A stretch of DNA of 32,000 nucleotides, taken from positions 210,001-242,000 of the forward strand of contig NC_020409.1 in NCBI RefSeq assembly GCF_000341895.1. Direction: 5' to 3'. The notes below the pieces were generated by a model, which saw only the letters and a list, made by a program, of their open reading frames with translations, ran no database searches and was not told the DNA's origin. A program made the position numbers and the translations under genes. Position 1 is the stretch's first letter, and each line of letters opens with the position of its first letter. Source of the DNA: Pseudodesulfovibrio piezophilus C1TLV30 (lineage in GTDB: Bacteria; Desulfobacterota; Desulfovibrionia; Desulfovibrionales; Desulfovibrionaceae). Below, piece after piece: positions 1-9,126 of this stretch.

Positions 1-2008
1 ACCTCGAGATAGGGAGGGTGGCAGAGAGAGTGTTATATGGGAAAATATTCCAATAAAGGAGCTTTCTTCCTTGGCTGCAAAAGGCCAGTTTTCTTTGGAG
101 CAGGGGACAATCGAGGGACACTCTCTCCGTGGTCTCAAATTAAAACTCGATACGACGCAAGCCGATTTATCTGCTGTTTTTAGTGCTTCATGTGATTCGT
201 ATGAATCTCTTGAAGCAAACTTCAAATTCCATATCAATCCGAAATTTGAGCAAAAAAGACTTATGGTTGGCGGTGAAGGGGACGTTGTCATCTCTTCAGA
301 CGAGAGAGGATTTCCATTTTTGGAGACCTCTTCGCTTAAAATAGGTGGGCAGGGAGCTCTCAAGGCTGCGTTCACTTTGGAGACTGCGGAGTATGGCCTT
401 GCTGAACCAATTGTAAATGCTTTGCAACATCTTCAAGGCACTGTTGACTTTTTACAGAAGGCCGGGACCGGAGCTTTGATGCATAAAAGCAAGGTCCACC
501 TCCTGCGGTATTCTGATATGAATGGAACTTTAAGTTTCAGACCAAAGGAAGCTCACAAAGAGGACTCTCTCCTGTTGGATACCCGTTTTTCATTTCGGGA
601 ATCAGGACAGACTCCTAAAACATTTCGACTTCAGGGAGGAGGGCCTGTTTCTCTTTCTCTGAAGGATTTTATTTTTCGAAGTAATAATCTTAAAATGTCT
701 GGTGATACTTCCGGCATATTCCTATCCGATTCTCCAGATCAGGTTTCCTTCAAAGGGACAATGGCCTTTGATTCTAATAAGGGAATAAGTTCACTTCATA
801 AAGTGACTCTCCAGGGGCTTGGAGCGACATTGTCTGGGGATATTAATTTTATTGATTCGAAGGCCGCCACCAAAACCCAAGGTCTGTTTCATCTTTCGGT
901 AGGGGATTTTCGTAAGATTCTTTCCATTTTATTGGGACATCCAGTTCAGATTGCTGATGAAAAAATTTTAAAAAAGATGGTGTTGAAGGGGGATTTTGTC
1001 GTAGAAGACGAGAGATTTGCTCTTAATAACATTGAAGGTGAAGTTGACGATATTCCTCTCAGTGGCATGATCTCCGGAAAGGGGTACATAAGTCCTTCAT
1101 TGTCTTTTTCACTTAAGGCTGGCGATTTTGACCTGGATAAGTACTTATCACTTTCAAGTGAGTCTCCCATTGAGGGAAAACTTGATGGGAGTGATCATGA
1201 CTCTTCCCCGGTTGCTTTACCGCTGGGCTTTTTGCGTCAGCTGGATGGTCAGGGGGAAATATTTTTCGAAAGTTTTAAGTTGGCAGATGTTCTCGCTCAG
1301 AATTTGGAGGCACGTCTTCAGGCGCGAAATGGGGTGATCCATATTTCCGAGATATCGGGTCAACTTCATGGCGGTCTTGTGTCTGGAGATTGGACAGGGC
1401 GTGCTGGCAAGATCCTTGAGACTCATCTGAAATTACGGGTTGAAAAGATGCAAGTCGGACCTTTGCTGGAAGATATGGCGGGGCGGGATTATGTACGTGG
1501 AACAACTGCGCTGGATTTTGATTTGACGAGTTCAGGCAGGACAGACAGTGACATTGTTCTTAACCTGAATGGAAAGGCTTGGGGAGAAATACGGGAAGGC
1601 TCTTTCAAATTTACTGGGTATGATACTTCCACCAAACCGACTCAACCGGAGTCGTCCCGTTATGATAAACAACCGGCTGAAGCAAAGTTGCGAAGGACAA
1701 TTTTTAAGAAAGCTTTTGCCTTCTTTTCAGTCCGAGATGGGGTCTTCACTATTGACGACTATAAGTTGGAAGCCCCCCCTCTGCTTGAATCCAAAGGGAC
1801 AGGCCAATTCAGTCTGCCGGCTAATACCATCAATGTATCCATACAAAATGATTTTGTCGCGATTCCAAGTGTGACAATCAACATTGTCGGAAAACTTTCT
1901 GACCCTGAAGTTAAAGTGCCAACAGTGAAGAGCCTCAATGAAACCGTCTTGAATATTTTGACCTTACCTGAAAAATCCTTCAAATTTTTACGGGATTTAT
2001 TTAAATAA
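1..2008 (+). CDS. AsmA-family outer-membrane assembly protein, C-terminal part. The 5' end is truncated by the window edge.
   Basis: The frame of ORF 71..2008 stays open back to nt 2, so the gene starts upstream. It is a long, repetitive, beta-rich sequence. The C-terminal ...GTGQFSLPANTINVSIQNDF...INIVGKLSDPEVKV resembles AsmA-like C-terminal regions. Confidence 0.55.
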   Translation, partial: PRDREGGRESVIWENIPIKELSSLAAKGQFSLEQGTIEGHSLRGLKLKLDTTQADLSAVFSASCDSYESLEANFKFHINPKFEQKRLMVGGEGDVVISSDERGFPFLETSSLKIGGQGALKAAFTLETAEYGLAEPIVNALQHLQGTVDFLQKAGTGALMHKSKVHLLRYSDMNGTLSFRPKEAHKEDSLLLDTRFSFRESGQTPKTFRLQGGGPVSLSLKDFIFRSNNLKMSGDTSGIFLSDSPDQVSFKGTMAFDSNKGISSLHKVTLQGLGATLSGDINFIDSKAATKTQGLFHLSVGDFRKILSILLGHPVQIADEKILKKMVLKGDFVVEDERFALNNIEGEVDDIPLSGMISGKGYISPSLSFSLKAGDFDLDKYLSLSSESPIEGKLDGSDHDSSPVALPLGFLRQLDGQGEIFFESFKLADVLAQNLEARLQARNGVIHISEISGQLHGGLVSGDWTGRAGKILETHLKLRVEKMQVGPLLEDMAGRDYVRGTTALDFDLTSSGRTDSDIVLNLNGKAWGEIREGSFKFTGYDTSTKPTQPESSRYDKQPAEAKLRRTIFKKAFAFFSVRDGVFTIDDYKLEAPPLLESKGTGQFSLPANTINVSIQNDFVAIPSVTINIVGKLSDPEVKVPTVKSLNETVLNILTLPEKSFKFLRDLFK

Positions 2009-2085
2009 TAAGCCTCGACTTGCTTAATATCGTGCTTGGATTGTAAGCTTGTTGCGATGAGCACTCTTTTCTTATGGAGATAGAT

Positions 2086-3474
2086 ATGAATGTTCCCCAG
2101 ATCGGACATGCGCCAAGGCGATTGAAACGGCATTTTTTGGAAGGTATATGGGTACGGAACGCAGCAGATACTCCCTACCTGACGCGTTTGTGGCGAGGGG
2201 GGTGCCGGCTACTTTATCTGATAGGATTTGGTTTTATCAAAGATCAATGTATTATCCGTGCGGCTGCTCTGACATTTACGACGATTCTATCCATTGTTCC
2301 TTTTCTTGCTGTAGCATTTTCCATTTCAAAAGGGTTTGGGCTACAAAATTCAGAGAAGATGCGGGAATGGGTTCTCTACCTGACAACCGGAAGGCCAGAA
2401 GTTGCAGATAAGATCATTGAATACATTGATAGGACTAATGTTCAGGCATTGGGGTGGGTTGGAGTTGCTACGCTGCTTTTTACAGTTCTTTCTCTTGTCG
2501 GGACTATTGAGAAGGCCTTTAATACCATCTGGCATGTGAACAAGGGAAGAAGCGCGTGGCGCAAGGTTACAGATTTTTTCCCTGTGATTGTCTTTGGACC
2601 TCTTATACTTTTTGTCGCATCAAGTTTTAACGTCAGTCTGCAACAGCAGGATATGGTTTCCACACTGCTGAGCGTTGAAACCATAGGCCTTCTTGAAGCG
2701 ATTTTTCTGAAATTGACCCCATATATGCTCATTATCATCGCGTTCAGCATGATGTATGCCTTTATCCCCCACGTACGAGTCAAAATAAGTTCTGCAGTAC
2801 TGGGGGGAGCTCTTGGTGGGATACTATGGCAGCTCGCACAATGGGGGTATATTTATTGGCAGATAGGAGCAGCCAAATATAATGCTATCTATGGCAGCTT
2901 TGCACAACTCCCTGTTCTGCTCATTTGGCTGTACATAAGCTGGATTATCGTTCTGCTTGGGGCTGAAGTAAGCTATGCATGGCAAAATATAAACACCTTC
3001 GTCAAGCAACGTTATTTTGGGCAGGCAACCCCTTTGGAACGGCAGAAAATTGCTGTTCTCATGATGGTTATTCTGGCAAAGCGTTTTTATCATGGTGAGC
3101 CTCTCCCATCTGTAGAGAGTCTTTCAGATGCTCTTATGGCCCCGAGTGATCTCATCTCGGATTTATTTACACTGCTTCAGCGGGCGGGCTATACTGTCTT
3201 GACGAGTGACAGGGGGCAGGAAGTCTACGCTCCGGCTCGTTCTTTGGATGGAGTTCGTGTGCTCGATGTGATCAAAGTCGTTAATATGGATGGTGATAAT
3301 CGGATCTTCAAGGATTTCGCAGAGAAATTCGGTTTTCTGGATGCCTTGTTTTCCAGACTGGGAGAAGCGACTTTCAAAAGTGATGCAAATCTTACTTTGC
3401 TTGAATGCGCGGAGCAGTACCCTTCATATGTGCTTGAGTTGGCTTCGGTGAATGGCGATTCGCATGGAGCCTAG
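2086..3474 (+). CDS. YihY/BrkB-family polytopic inner-membrane protein with an extra C-terminal Rrf2-like winged-helix domain
   Basis: The N-terminal ~300 aa carry several hydrophobic segments and YihY-like motifs (AAALTFTTILSIVPFLAV, FAQLPVLLIWLYISWIIVLLGAEVSYA). The C-terminal ~150 aa follow the Rrf2 wHTH pattern. The ATG at 2086 has GGAGA 5 nt upstream. An alternative ATG lies at 2074. Confidence 0.75.
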   Translation: MNVPQIGHAPRRLKRHFLEGIWVRNAADTPYLTRLWRGGCRLLYLIGFGFIKDQCIIRAAALTFTTILSIVPFLAVAFSISKGFGLQNSEKMREWVLYLTTGRPEVADKIIEYIDRTNVQALGWVGVATLLFTVLSLVGTIEKAFNTIWHVNKGRSAWRKVTDFFPVIVFGPLILFVASSFNVSLQQQDMVSTLLSVETIGLLEAIFLKLTPYMLIIIAFSMMYAFIPHVRVKISSAVLGGALGGILWQLAQWGYIYWQIGAAKYNAIYGSFAQLPVLLIWLYISWIIVLLGAEVSYAWQNINTFVKQRYFGQATPLERQKIAVLMMVILAKRFYHGEPLPSVESLSDALMAPSDLISDLFTLLQRAGYTVLTSDRGQEVYAPARSLDGVRVLDVIKVVNMDGDNRIFKDFAEKFGFLDALFSRLGEATFKSDANLTLLECAEQYPSYVLELASVNGDSHGA

Positions 3475-3487
3475 CTTGTATTGAAAT

Positions 3488-4168
3488 TCAATGAATCGGG
3501 TCTGTGGACCGAAAGACTCCGCCTACCAGATAGTGGACGGTTTTCAGGAGTTCAAGGAGAAGATTCTGAGCGTCTTTTTGGTGTCTCCACCATGCTGTAT
3601 CAAAGGCTCCCTCGTTTGTCGTGGTGATGGTTATTCGACATTTGGGGAGAGTCTTCTTATATACCATTTTTGCTCGTAGAGCATGAGATGGAGATGTCAC
3701 GATTAAAAGGCTTACGGATTTTCCATCAAGATGTTTTTTGAGAGCTTCTGCTTCTTCTACCGTACTGATATGGCCATTCCCGAATATTTCCAGATGTGCT
3801 TTTTCCGCTCCCATCAATTCGAGAAGTTTTTTTAAAAATTCTGTGTCGGAATAGTTGGGATAGCCCATTTCCCATTCAATTTTTTGTAATTGGGAAGGCG
3901 GTTCCTTCCAGGCGTTACTGACAAGAATCGTCGGTGCAATTCCCTTTTTGTACAGTTCTATGGCTTTGATCATTCTTTGAGCGTCGCCTGCAAGGGGGAG
4001 GATGAAGTCTGTATTATTCACTTTTTCATCGACATGCATCCAATAGCCCGCAGAAGCCAGGAGGAGAAAGAGGGCTATACCAGTCACAAGAGTTAGCCCC
4101 CCAATCCATTGAAGAAGTTTGGCTCCTGTGTTCCTTGCAATTTCACTCCTATGCGTAGATTTCTTCAT
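3488..4168 (-). CDS. YdcF/DUF218-family (SanA/ElyC-like) membrane-anchored protein
   Basis: It has an N-terminal TM helix. DUF218-like motifs are present: ILPLAGD...[21 protein letters not shown] and [13 protein letters not shown]. It overlaps the 3' end of tgt by 20 nt, which suggests one operon. Confidence 0.7.
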   Translation of the reverse strand: MKKSTHRSEIARNTGAKLLQWIGGLTLVTGIALFLLLASAGYWMHVDEKVNNTDFILPLAGDAQRMIKAIELYKKGIAPTILVSNAWKEPPSQLQKIEWEMGYPNYSDTEFLKKLLELMGAEKAHLEIFGNGHISTVEEAEALKKHLDGKSVSLLIVTSPSHALRAKMVYKKTLPKCRITITTTNEGAFDTAWWRHQKDAQNLLLELLKTVHYLVGGVFRSTDPIH

Positions 4169-5261
4169 AGTGAGCTTTGAGTGTCGCGAACGTTCCTTCT
4201 TCGATAGATGCGCGTACTTGTTTCATAAGGTCGAGATAAAAATACAGATTGTGATAGGTATTCAGCCTGTATGAGAGCAATTCCTTGGCCTGATAGAGAT
4301 GACGAAGGTAGGCCTTGGTGAAGTTTCGACAGGTGTAGCAGTTACAATTGGGGTCAAGGGGGGAGTCGTCTTCAGCGAACTGTGCCCGTTTGATATTGAT
4401 TTTTCCCATGGATGTGAAAAGAGTGCCATTTCTGGCGTTACGGGATGGAAGAACGCAGTCAAACATGTCCACGCCTGCCGAAACTCCTTCAAGCAAATCC
4501 AAGGGGGTTCCAACACCCATGAGGTAGCGGGGTTTTGTCTCAGGCATCATTGGAGCAATGTGGTGAAGAATATCATACATCTCCTCGGTGGATTCTCCTA
4601 CAGATAATCCACCAATAGCAAATCCCTCAAAGTCGATCTCCCGCAATTGAGCAAGGCTTTTTTCGCGAAGATCTTTGAAGAAACCACCTTGTACAATACC
4701 AAACATCAATTGGTCTCCACTGCCTTTCGGGTAGTGGTCCCGGCAGCGTTGTGCCCAACGTGTCGTCATTTCGAGGGATTTATTGGTGTACTTCTTATCT
4801 TCTCCGTACCCAACGCATTCATCCAGGACCATCATGATATCGGAGCCGAGATTCTTTTGGATATCGATCGCCTTTTCTGGTGAAAAGAAGTGCTTTGAGC
4901 CATCGATATATGATCTGAATTCCACACCTTCTTCCGACAGTTTTCGAATTTCCTGTAGACTGAAAACCTGAAATCCACCGCTGTCAGTTAATATGGGACG
5001 TTTCCAGTTCGAGAATTCGTGCAGACCTCCCCTGCGGGCAACCAAATCATCGCCTGGTCGCAAGTAGAGATGGTATGTGTTGCCGAGAATAATCTGGGCA
5101 TCCATTTCTTCCAGATCGAGAGGCGTGAGGCTTTTGACCGTTCCCTGGGTTCCGACCGGCATGAATATGGGCGTTTGAATTTCACCGTGGGCGGTTGTCA
5201 GAGTTGCTCTTCTGGCGTTGCCATCCGTGGCATGAATAATGAAATTTCCGGGTTGGTTCAT
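4149..5261 (-). CDS. tgt: Queuine tRNA-ribosyltransferase (tRNA-guanine transglycosylase)
   Basis: Full-length Tgt-like sequence: [27 protein letters not shown], the Zn-site motif CxCxxC...H ([20 protein letters not shown]), and [12 protein letters not shown]. Confidence 0.95.
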   Translation of the reverse strand: MNQPGNFIIHATDGNARRATLTTAHGEIQTPIFMPVGTQGTVKSLTPLDLEEMDAQIILGNTYHLYLRPGDDLVARRGGLHEFSNWKRPILTDSGGFQVFSLQEIRKLSEEGVEFRSYIDGSKHFFSPEKAIDIQKNLGSDIMMVLDECVGYGEDKKYTNKSLEMTTRWAQRCRDHYPKGSGDQLMFGIVQGGFFKDLREKSLAQLREIDFEGFAIGGLSVGESTEEMYDILHHIAPMMPETKPRYLMGVGTPLDLLEGVSAGVDMFDCVLPSRNARNGTLFTSMGKINIKRAQFAEDDSPLDPNCNCYTCRNFTKAYLRHLYQAKELLSYRLNTYHNLYFYLDLMKQVRASIEEGTFATLKAHYEEIYA

Positions 5262-5897
5262 TTATTTGACTCCCTTTTTGGGGCAGATATCGTTGAGTTC
5301 ACATTCATCGCATTTGGGTTTGCGAGCTGGGCATACCTGGCGTCCGTAGAAAACGAGAAAATGGTTGATTTCTCCCCATTGTTCCCTAGGGAAAAGAGGC
5401 ATGAGATCTTTTTCAATCTGTATAGGATCAGTTTTCTGGGTGAGTCCCATCCGAAAGGCAAGGCGTTTAACATGTGTATCAACGGCAATTCCCTCATTGA
5501 TTCCGAAGGCATTGGAGAGAACAATACTTGCCGTTTTACGAGCCACTCCGCCGAGGGTAATCAATTCCGCCATGGATTTCGGAACCTCTCCATTATATTC
5601 AGTCATGATTCGGTTCGCTGCAGCGCGTATATTTTTGGCTTTGTTTCTGAAGAAACCTGTAGAGCGAACCACGGCCTCGATTTCAGAGATATCAGCTTCC
5701 GCTGCATCTTGAATATCAGGCCATTTTTCAAAGAAAACCGGGGTTACCATATTAACCCGTTCATCTGTACATTGGGCCGAGAGTGCGGTCGCCACGAGAA
5801 GTTCCCATGGAGTAGACCAGGTCAGGGCTGGTTCCGGGGCGGGGTATCTTTGGGAAAGTCGTTTATATATTTCTGAGGCTCGTTCTTGTTTTCTCAT
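5262..5897 (-). CDS. nth: Endonuclease III (DNA-(apurinic/apyrimidinic site) lyase)
   Basis: HhH-GPD motifs are present (LVATALSAQCTDERVN, LITLGGVARKTASIVL, VDTHVKRL). A C-terminal 4Fe-4S Cys cluster follows (CPARKPKCDECELNDICP). The ATG at 5897 is preceded by GGAGAG; the ORF track's 5921 start is a GTG. Its stop directly abuts the tgt start (TAAATG). Confidence 0.92.
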   Translation of the reverse strand: MRKQERASEIYKRLSQRYPAPEPALTWSTPWELLVATALSAQCTDERVNMVTPVFFEKWPDIQDAAEADISEIEAVVRSTGFFRNKAKNIRAAANRIMTEYNGEVPKSMAELITLGGVARKTASIVLSNAFGINEGIAVDTHVKRLAFRMGLTQKTDPIQIEKDLMPLFPREQWGEINHFLVFYGRQVCPARKPKCDECELNDICPKKGVK

Positions 5898-6028
5898 GAT
5901 CTCTCCGTTTATTCGGGTCACTGGTTAGCACCAGTCTGCCTTTGGCTCAAGGGTGAAATGGCGAGTTTTCTCATTGCGTCTCTGTCTGAAGCATGTATCA
6001 TTCTGTAGCTGTTCATCAAGGGGGATAA

Positions 6029-6343
6029 ATGTCGGAATCAGTTGTTTACATGACATGTTGTGATCAAGAGGAAGCAGAGCATATAGCTCAAGTCCTTGTT
6101 GAAAAACGCCTCGCGGCATGTGTCAATATGCTTGGTGGAATGAACTCCGTCTATTGGTGGGAAGGAAAGATTGAACATTCGAAAGAGGTTGTTCTTGTAG
6201 CCAAAACGCGTTCTGAATTAATTGAAGGTTTGACACATGTGGTTACAGAGCTTCATTCCTACGAAGTGCCGTGTATAGTTTCATGGCCCCTTGAAGGAGG
6301 GAATCCAGATTTTCTCAAATGGATACGGGATGAAACCAGCTAG
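6029..6343 (+). CDS. cutA: Divalent-cation tolerance protein CutA
   Basis: About 104 aa, matching the CutA1 pattern: AEHIAQVLVEKRLAACVN...SVYWWEGKIE...E..L..KT....EL...V.ELHSYEVPCIV. Confidence 0.85.
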   Translation: MSESVVYMTCCDQEEAEHIAQVLVEKRLAACVNMLGGMNSVYWWEGKIEHSKEVVLVAKTRSELIEGLTHVVTELHSYEVPCIVSWPLEGGNPDFLKWIRDETS

Positions 6344-6359
6344 GTACGGCTCCCTTTCG

Positions 6360-6388
6360 TTGACTCGGGTGCTCCAACCCTTTACTCT
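6360..6388 (+). promoter_or_regulatory. Candidate sigma-70 promoter for the kinase operon (TTGACT-N17-TACTCT)
   Basis: TTGACT lies at 6360-6365 and TACTCT at 6383-6388, with 17-nt spacing. The site is in the cutA/PfkB intergenic region. This is sequence pattern only. Confidence 0.25.
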
Positions 6389-6423
6389 CGCGACCAATGA
6401 AAAGACTACAGCATGGAGGAACA

Positions 6424-7359
6424 ATGCAGATTTATATTTCCGGGTCACTGGCATTTGATCGTATCATGAGCTTTCCCGATAAATTTTCGAACCACATTCT
6501 GCCAGATAAATTACATATAATAAATGTGAGTTTTCTTGTAGACGGATTGGATGAAAAGTTTGGTGGAACGGGTGGAAATATTGCTTACAACTTGGCTCTA
6601 CTTGGGGAAAAACCAATACTGCTTAGTCAAGTGGGCAAAGATTTTGCCCTGTATGATAGCTGGTTGCAACAGCATGGTATAACCGTTGAAGGTATTCGGA
6701 CTGTTGAACAGGAGTTTACAGCAAGCGCTTATATAACGACCGATCAATCCGACAATCAAATTACAGGCTTCAATCCAGGGGCCATGAAATATCCCAGTCA
6801 ATATGATTTTTCCAAAATTGATGCCAGCGAAGCGCTTGGGATTATTTCTCCCGGTAACATGGGGGATATGGTGGATCATGCAAAATTTTACCGTGATAAT
6901 GGGATTCCTTTTATTTTCGACCCTGGCCAGCAGATTCCCGCATTTAGCGGCGAGCAGCTTGCTGAGTGCTTTAAGGGGGCGGAAATACTCATTACCAATG
7001 ACTATGAGCTTGAAATGGTTCTCAAGGCTACGGGCATGAGTAAGGACGAAGTTCTGGACAGTGTCGCTTATTTGATTACGACCTTGGGAGAAAAAGGAGC
7101 GACGGTGAATTGTCAGGGAGAGGAAACCTCTATCGCCTCTATTCCGGTGGATACTGTTGTTGATCCAACAGGAGCTGGTGATGCATTCCGTTCCGGTCTG
7201 CTCAAAGGGCTTGCCATGGATAAAACTGTTGCTGAAGCAGCAAAACTCGGTTCTGTCTGTGCGGCCTACGCAATTGAGTATAAGGGAACACAGGAGCATT
7301 CATTCACCATGGATGAATTTATCAAAAGGTACGAGGATAGTTTTGGTCCAATGATATAG
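6424..7359 (+). CDS. PfkB-family carbohydrate/nucleoside kinase, adenosine-kinase-like
   Basis: The sequence tracks bacterial (mycobacterial-type) adenosine kinase over most of its length: GSLAFDRIMSFPDKFSNHILPDKLHIINVSFLV, GGTGGNIAYNLALLG, ITNDYELEM, and the PfkB signature DPTGAGDAFRSG. The ATG at 6424 follows GGAGGA. The ORF-track start is 6397. Confidence 0.75.
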   Translation: MQIYISGSLAFDRIMSFPDKFSNHILPDKLHIINVSFLVDGLDEKFGGTGGNIAYNLALLGEKPILLSQVGKDFALYDSWLQQHGITVEGIRTVEQEFTASAYITTDQSDNQITGFNPGAMKYPSQYDFSKIDASEALGIISPGNMGDMVDHAKFYRDNGIPFIFDPGQQIPAFSGEQLAECFKGAEILITNDYELEMVLKATGMSKDEVLDSVAYLITTLGEKGATVNCQGEETSIASIPVDTVVDPTGAGDAFRSGLLKGLAMDKTVAEAAKLGSVCAAYAIEYKGTQEHSFTMDEFIKRYEDSFGPMI

Positions 7360-7388
7360 TCATTTGTCCACCAACGAGGAGGGGCGTC

Positions 7389-8471
7389 ATGATCGAATTG
7401 AGGATCGAATCCATTCAGGCTTATTTAAAGAAGGCATTTGGAGAAGACGCCCACCTGTTGGCTTCTGGGGATATTGGCCAGCTTGATGCTCAGGGCATGA
7501 AGGGGTTTGGCTACGGTAAGCCGGTATTGATCAAGTTTGAAGTAGATGGAGAGGTTCGCGAGGCCGTTTTATCCATCATGAAAGGTGATAGGTATGGGCA
7601 TCAATTTTATTGGGATCGTGCAGCTATCCTTTTATTTCAATATGAAACTTCGGCACAGATGGAGCGGCATGTCAAACCTGTAGGAATAGGCTACGTGGAT
7701 GTTTCGGATGCTATGGTCCCGATTCAGGCTCCAAAAGAGTTTTTTATTTTGAATGAGAAACTTGCTGGGTATGACTATTTTAAGGATCTCGATCGTATCC
7801 AGTCGGGATATTTCAGGGCAGATGATCTTGCTATGGCACAGAGCTTTGCTCAATGGATCGGGCGAGTACATGGTGAGAAAAAAAATGATCCGCCTCTTTA
7901 TTGTCGGCGTGTGCGAAATCTGATCGGTGCGAGTGAGTGCATCTTGGGATTGATTGATGAAGCCTTTCCGCATCCCATGAACGGCTTTTCTGATGATCGT
8001 TTCAAAAGACTCGAAAAGCGGTTGGTTGATTGGCGCTGGAAGCTGAAGAAGTATACTCATAGGCTGAGTGCTGTCCATGGTGACTTTCATCCATGGAATG
8101 TACTGGTAACGGATGCCGGAGAATTTTCGGTTCTGGATAGAAGCCGTGGGCAATGGGGAGAGCCGGGTGATGACCTTGCGACCATGTCCATCAATTATCT
8201 TTTGTGGAGTTTGCGTAAATATGGACGGCTTGAGGGAGCTTTCGAGCAATTATACCAAACATATCTTGGTGAATACCTCAATCAAACAGGTGACGTGGAA
8301 GTGTTTGAGGTTATAGCTCCTTTCTTTGTCTTTCGTGGCCTTGTTGTTGCTTCACCCGAATGGTACCCGGATCATCCGACCTCAGTTCGATCCAGTCTTT
8401 TTCACTTTATGGAAAATGTGCTGGAAGATACAGTCTTCGATTGGGAAAATATTAACAAATATCTGGAGTAG
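7389..8471 (+). CDS. Aminoglycoside-phosphotransferase-fold (APH/choline-kinase-like) kinase, substrate unknown
   Basis: It has the catalytic-loop motif HGDFHPWNVLV, then ...LDRSRGQWGEPGDDLA, which is typical of the APH/protein-kinase-like fold. A strong RBS (GAGGAGG) sits upstream of the ATG. Confidence 0.7.
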   Translation: MIELRIESIQAYLKKAFGEDAHLLASGDIGQLDAQGMKGFGYGKPVLIKFEVDGEVREAVLSIMKGDRYGHQFYWDRAAILLFQYETSAQMERHVKPVGIGYVDVSDAMVPIQAPKEFFILNEKLAGYDYFKDLDRIQSGYFRADDLAMAQSFAQWIGRVHGEKKNDPPLYCRRVRNLIGASECILGLIDEAFPHPMNGFSDDRFKRLEKRLVDWRWKLKKYTHRLSAVHGDFHPWNVLVTDAGEFSVLDRSRGQWGEPGDDLATMSINYLLWSLRKYGRLEGAFEQLYQTYLGEYLNQTGDVEVFEVIAPFFVFRGLVVASPEWYPDHPTSVRSSLFHFMENVLEDTVFDWENINKYLE

Positions 8472-8473
8472 CC

Positions 8474-9052
8474 GTGAGTCACCGCGGAGCGGCAATATGG
8501 ATTGTTGGTTTGCCTGGCTGTGGCAAATCTTCAATTGCGCAGGGCATCGTGCGTTTTCTTGCTAAGCAGGAATATGATGTGGTTCTTTTGGCAATGGATG
8601 ATCGGCGTAAAGAGTATTTTCCAAAGCCGGAATATACTGCTCAAGAACGGGATGAAGCATATGCTCTTTTTATTGGAGAAGCTGTCGATTTAGTCAGCAA
8701 GGGGGTGTTCGTCGTCATGGATGCCTCTGCATATAAAGTTGAAATGAGAACCCTGGCTCGTCGATCCATCTTGTTGTTTGCAGAGATTTTCATTCATTGC
8801 GAACTTGAAATTGCTATCAAAAGAGAGTCGCTGCGAGCTGAAGGTAAGATTATGGCCGGGTTGTATGAAAAGGCACTTGAGCGAAAGCGAACAGGGAGAC
8901 ATTTCGCAGGGCTCGGCGACGTCATTGGTGTCGATGTTGAATTCGAAAAAAATCCGGATGCCGAGTTTATATTGGATAATTCTTATTTGACTGAAGAAGA
9001 AGCTTTGGGAAAAGTCCTGCACTTTCTGGACATGTGGTTGAAGAGAGCTTAG
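8474..9052 (+). CDS. P-loop kinase of the adenylyl-sulfate (APS) kinase family, divergent
   Basis: It carries a Walker A motif (GLPGCGKSS). APS-kinase-like segments are present: GLYEKA, and FAGLGDVIGVDVEFEKNPDAEFILDN, which resembles ftGidspYE.P..PEl.ldt. The canonical LDGDNxR motif is replaced by AMDDRRK. The GTG start lies 2 nt after the upstream stop, with GGAG 5 nt upstream. Confidence 0.65.
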   Translation: MSHRGAAIWIVGLPGCGKSSIAQGIVRFLAKQEYDVVLLAMDDRRKEYFPKPEYTAQERDEAYALFIGEAVDLVSKGVFVVMDASAYKVEMRTLARRSILLFAEIFIHCELEIAIKRESLRAEGKIMAGLYEKALERKRTGRHFAGLGDVIGVDVEFEKNPDAEFILDNSYLTEEEALGKVLHFLDMWLKRA

Positions 9053-9126
9053 TTCGCTTCAGACGAGTGGATTCTCTATTCTGTAAACATTGAGCTGCCT
9101 GAGATTCCGGGTAGGAATATATACAA

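Noticed and set aside
5019-5876. A 285-aa plus-strand ORF.
   Set aside because: It is antisense to tgt and nth, both of which have unmistakable motifs. It shows no domain signature and spans the junction of two real genes.
5925-6119. A 64-aa minus-strand ORF in the nth/cutA divergent region.
   Set aside because: It overlaps the cutA start in antisense, has no SD and has no recognisable features.
6598-7299. A 233-aa minus-strand ORF. Similar long antisense ORFs lie at 7632-8249, 17927-18604 and 20949-21584.
   Set aside because: Each lies antisense within a confidently identified gene (PfkB, APH-like, motA-like, flavoprotein reductase). None has recognisable motifs or a convincing start context. 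Such shadow ORFs are common opposite real coding frames.
7878-7885. An A8 homopolymer inside the APH-like kinase gene, considered as a frameshift or phase-variation site.
   Set aside because: The reading frame is intact and encodes EKKN. Eight A residues are marginal for slippage, and no alternative-frame product is evident.
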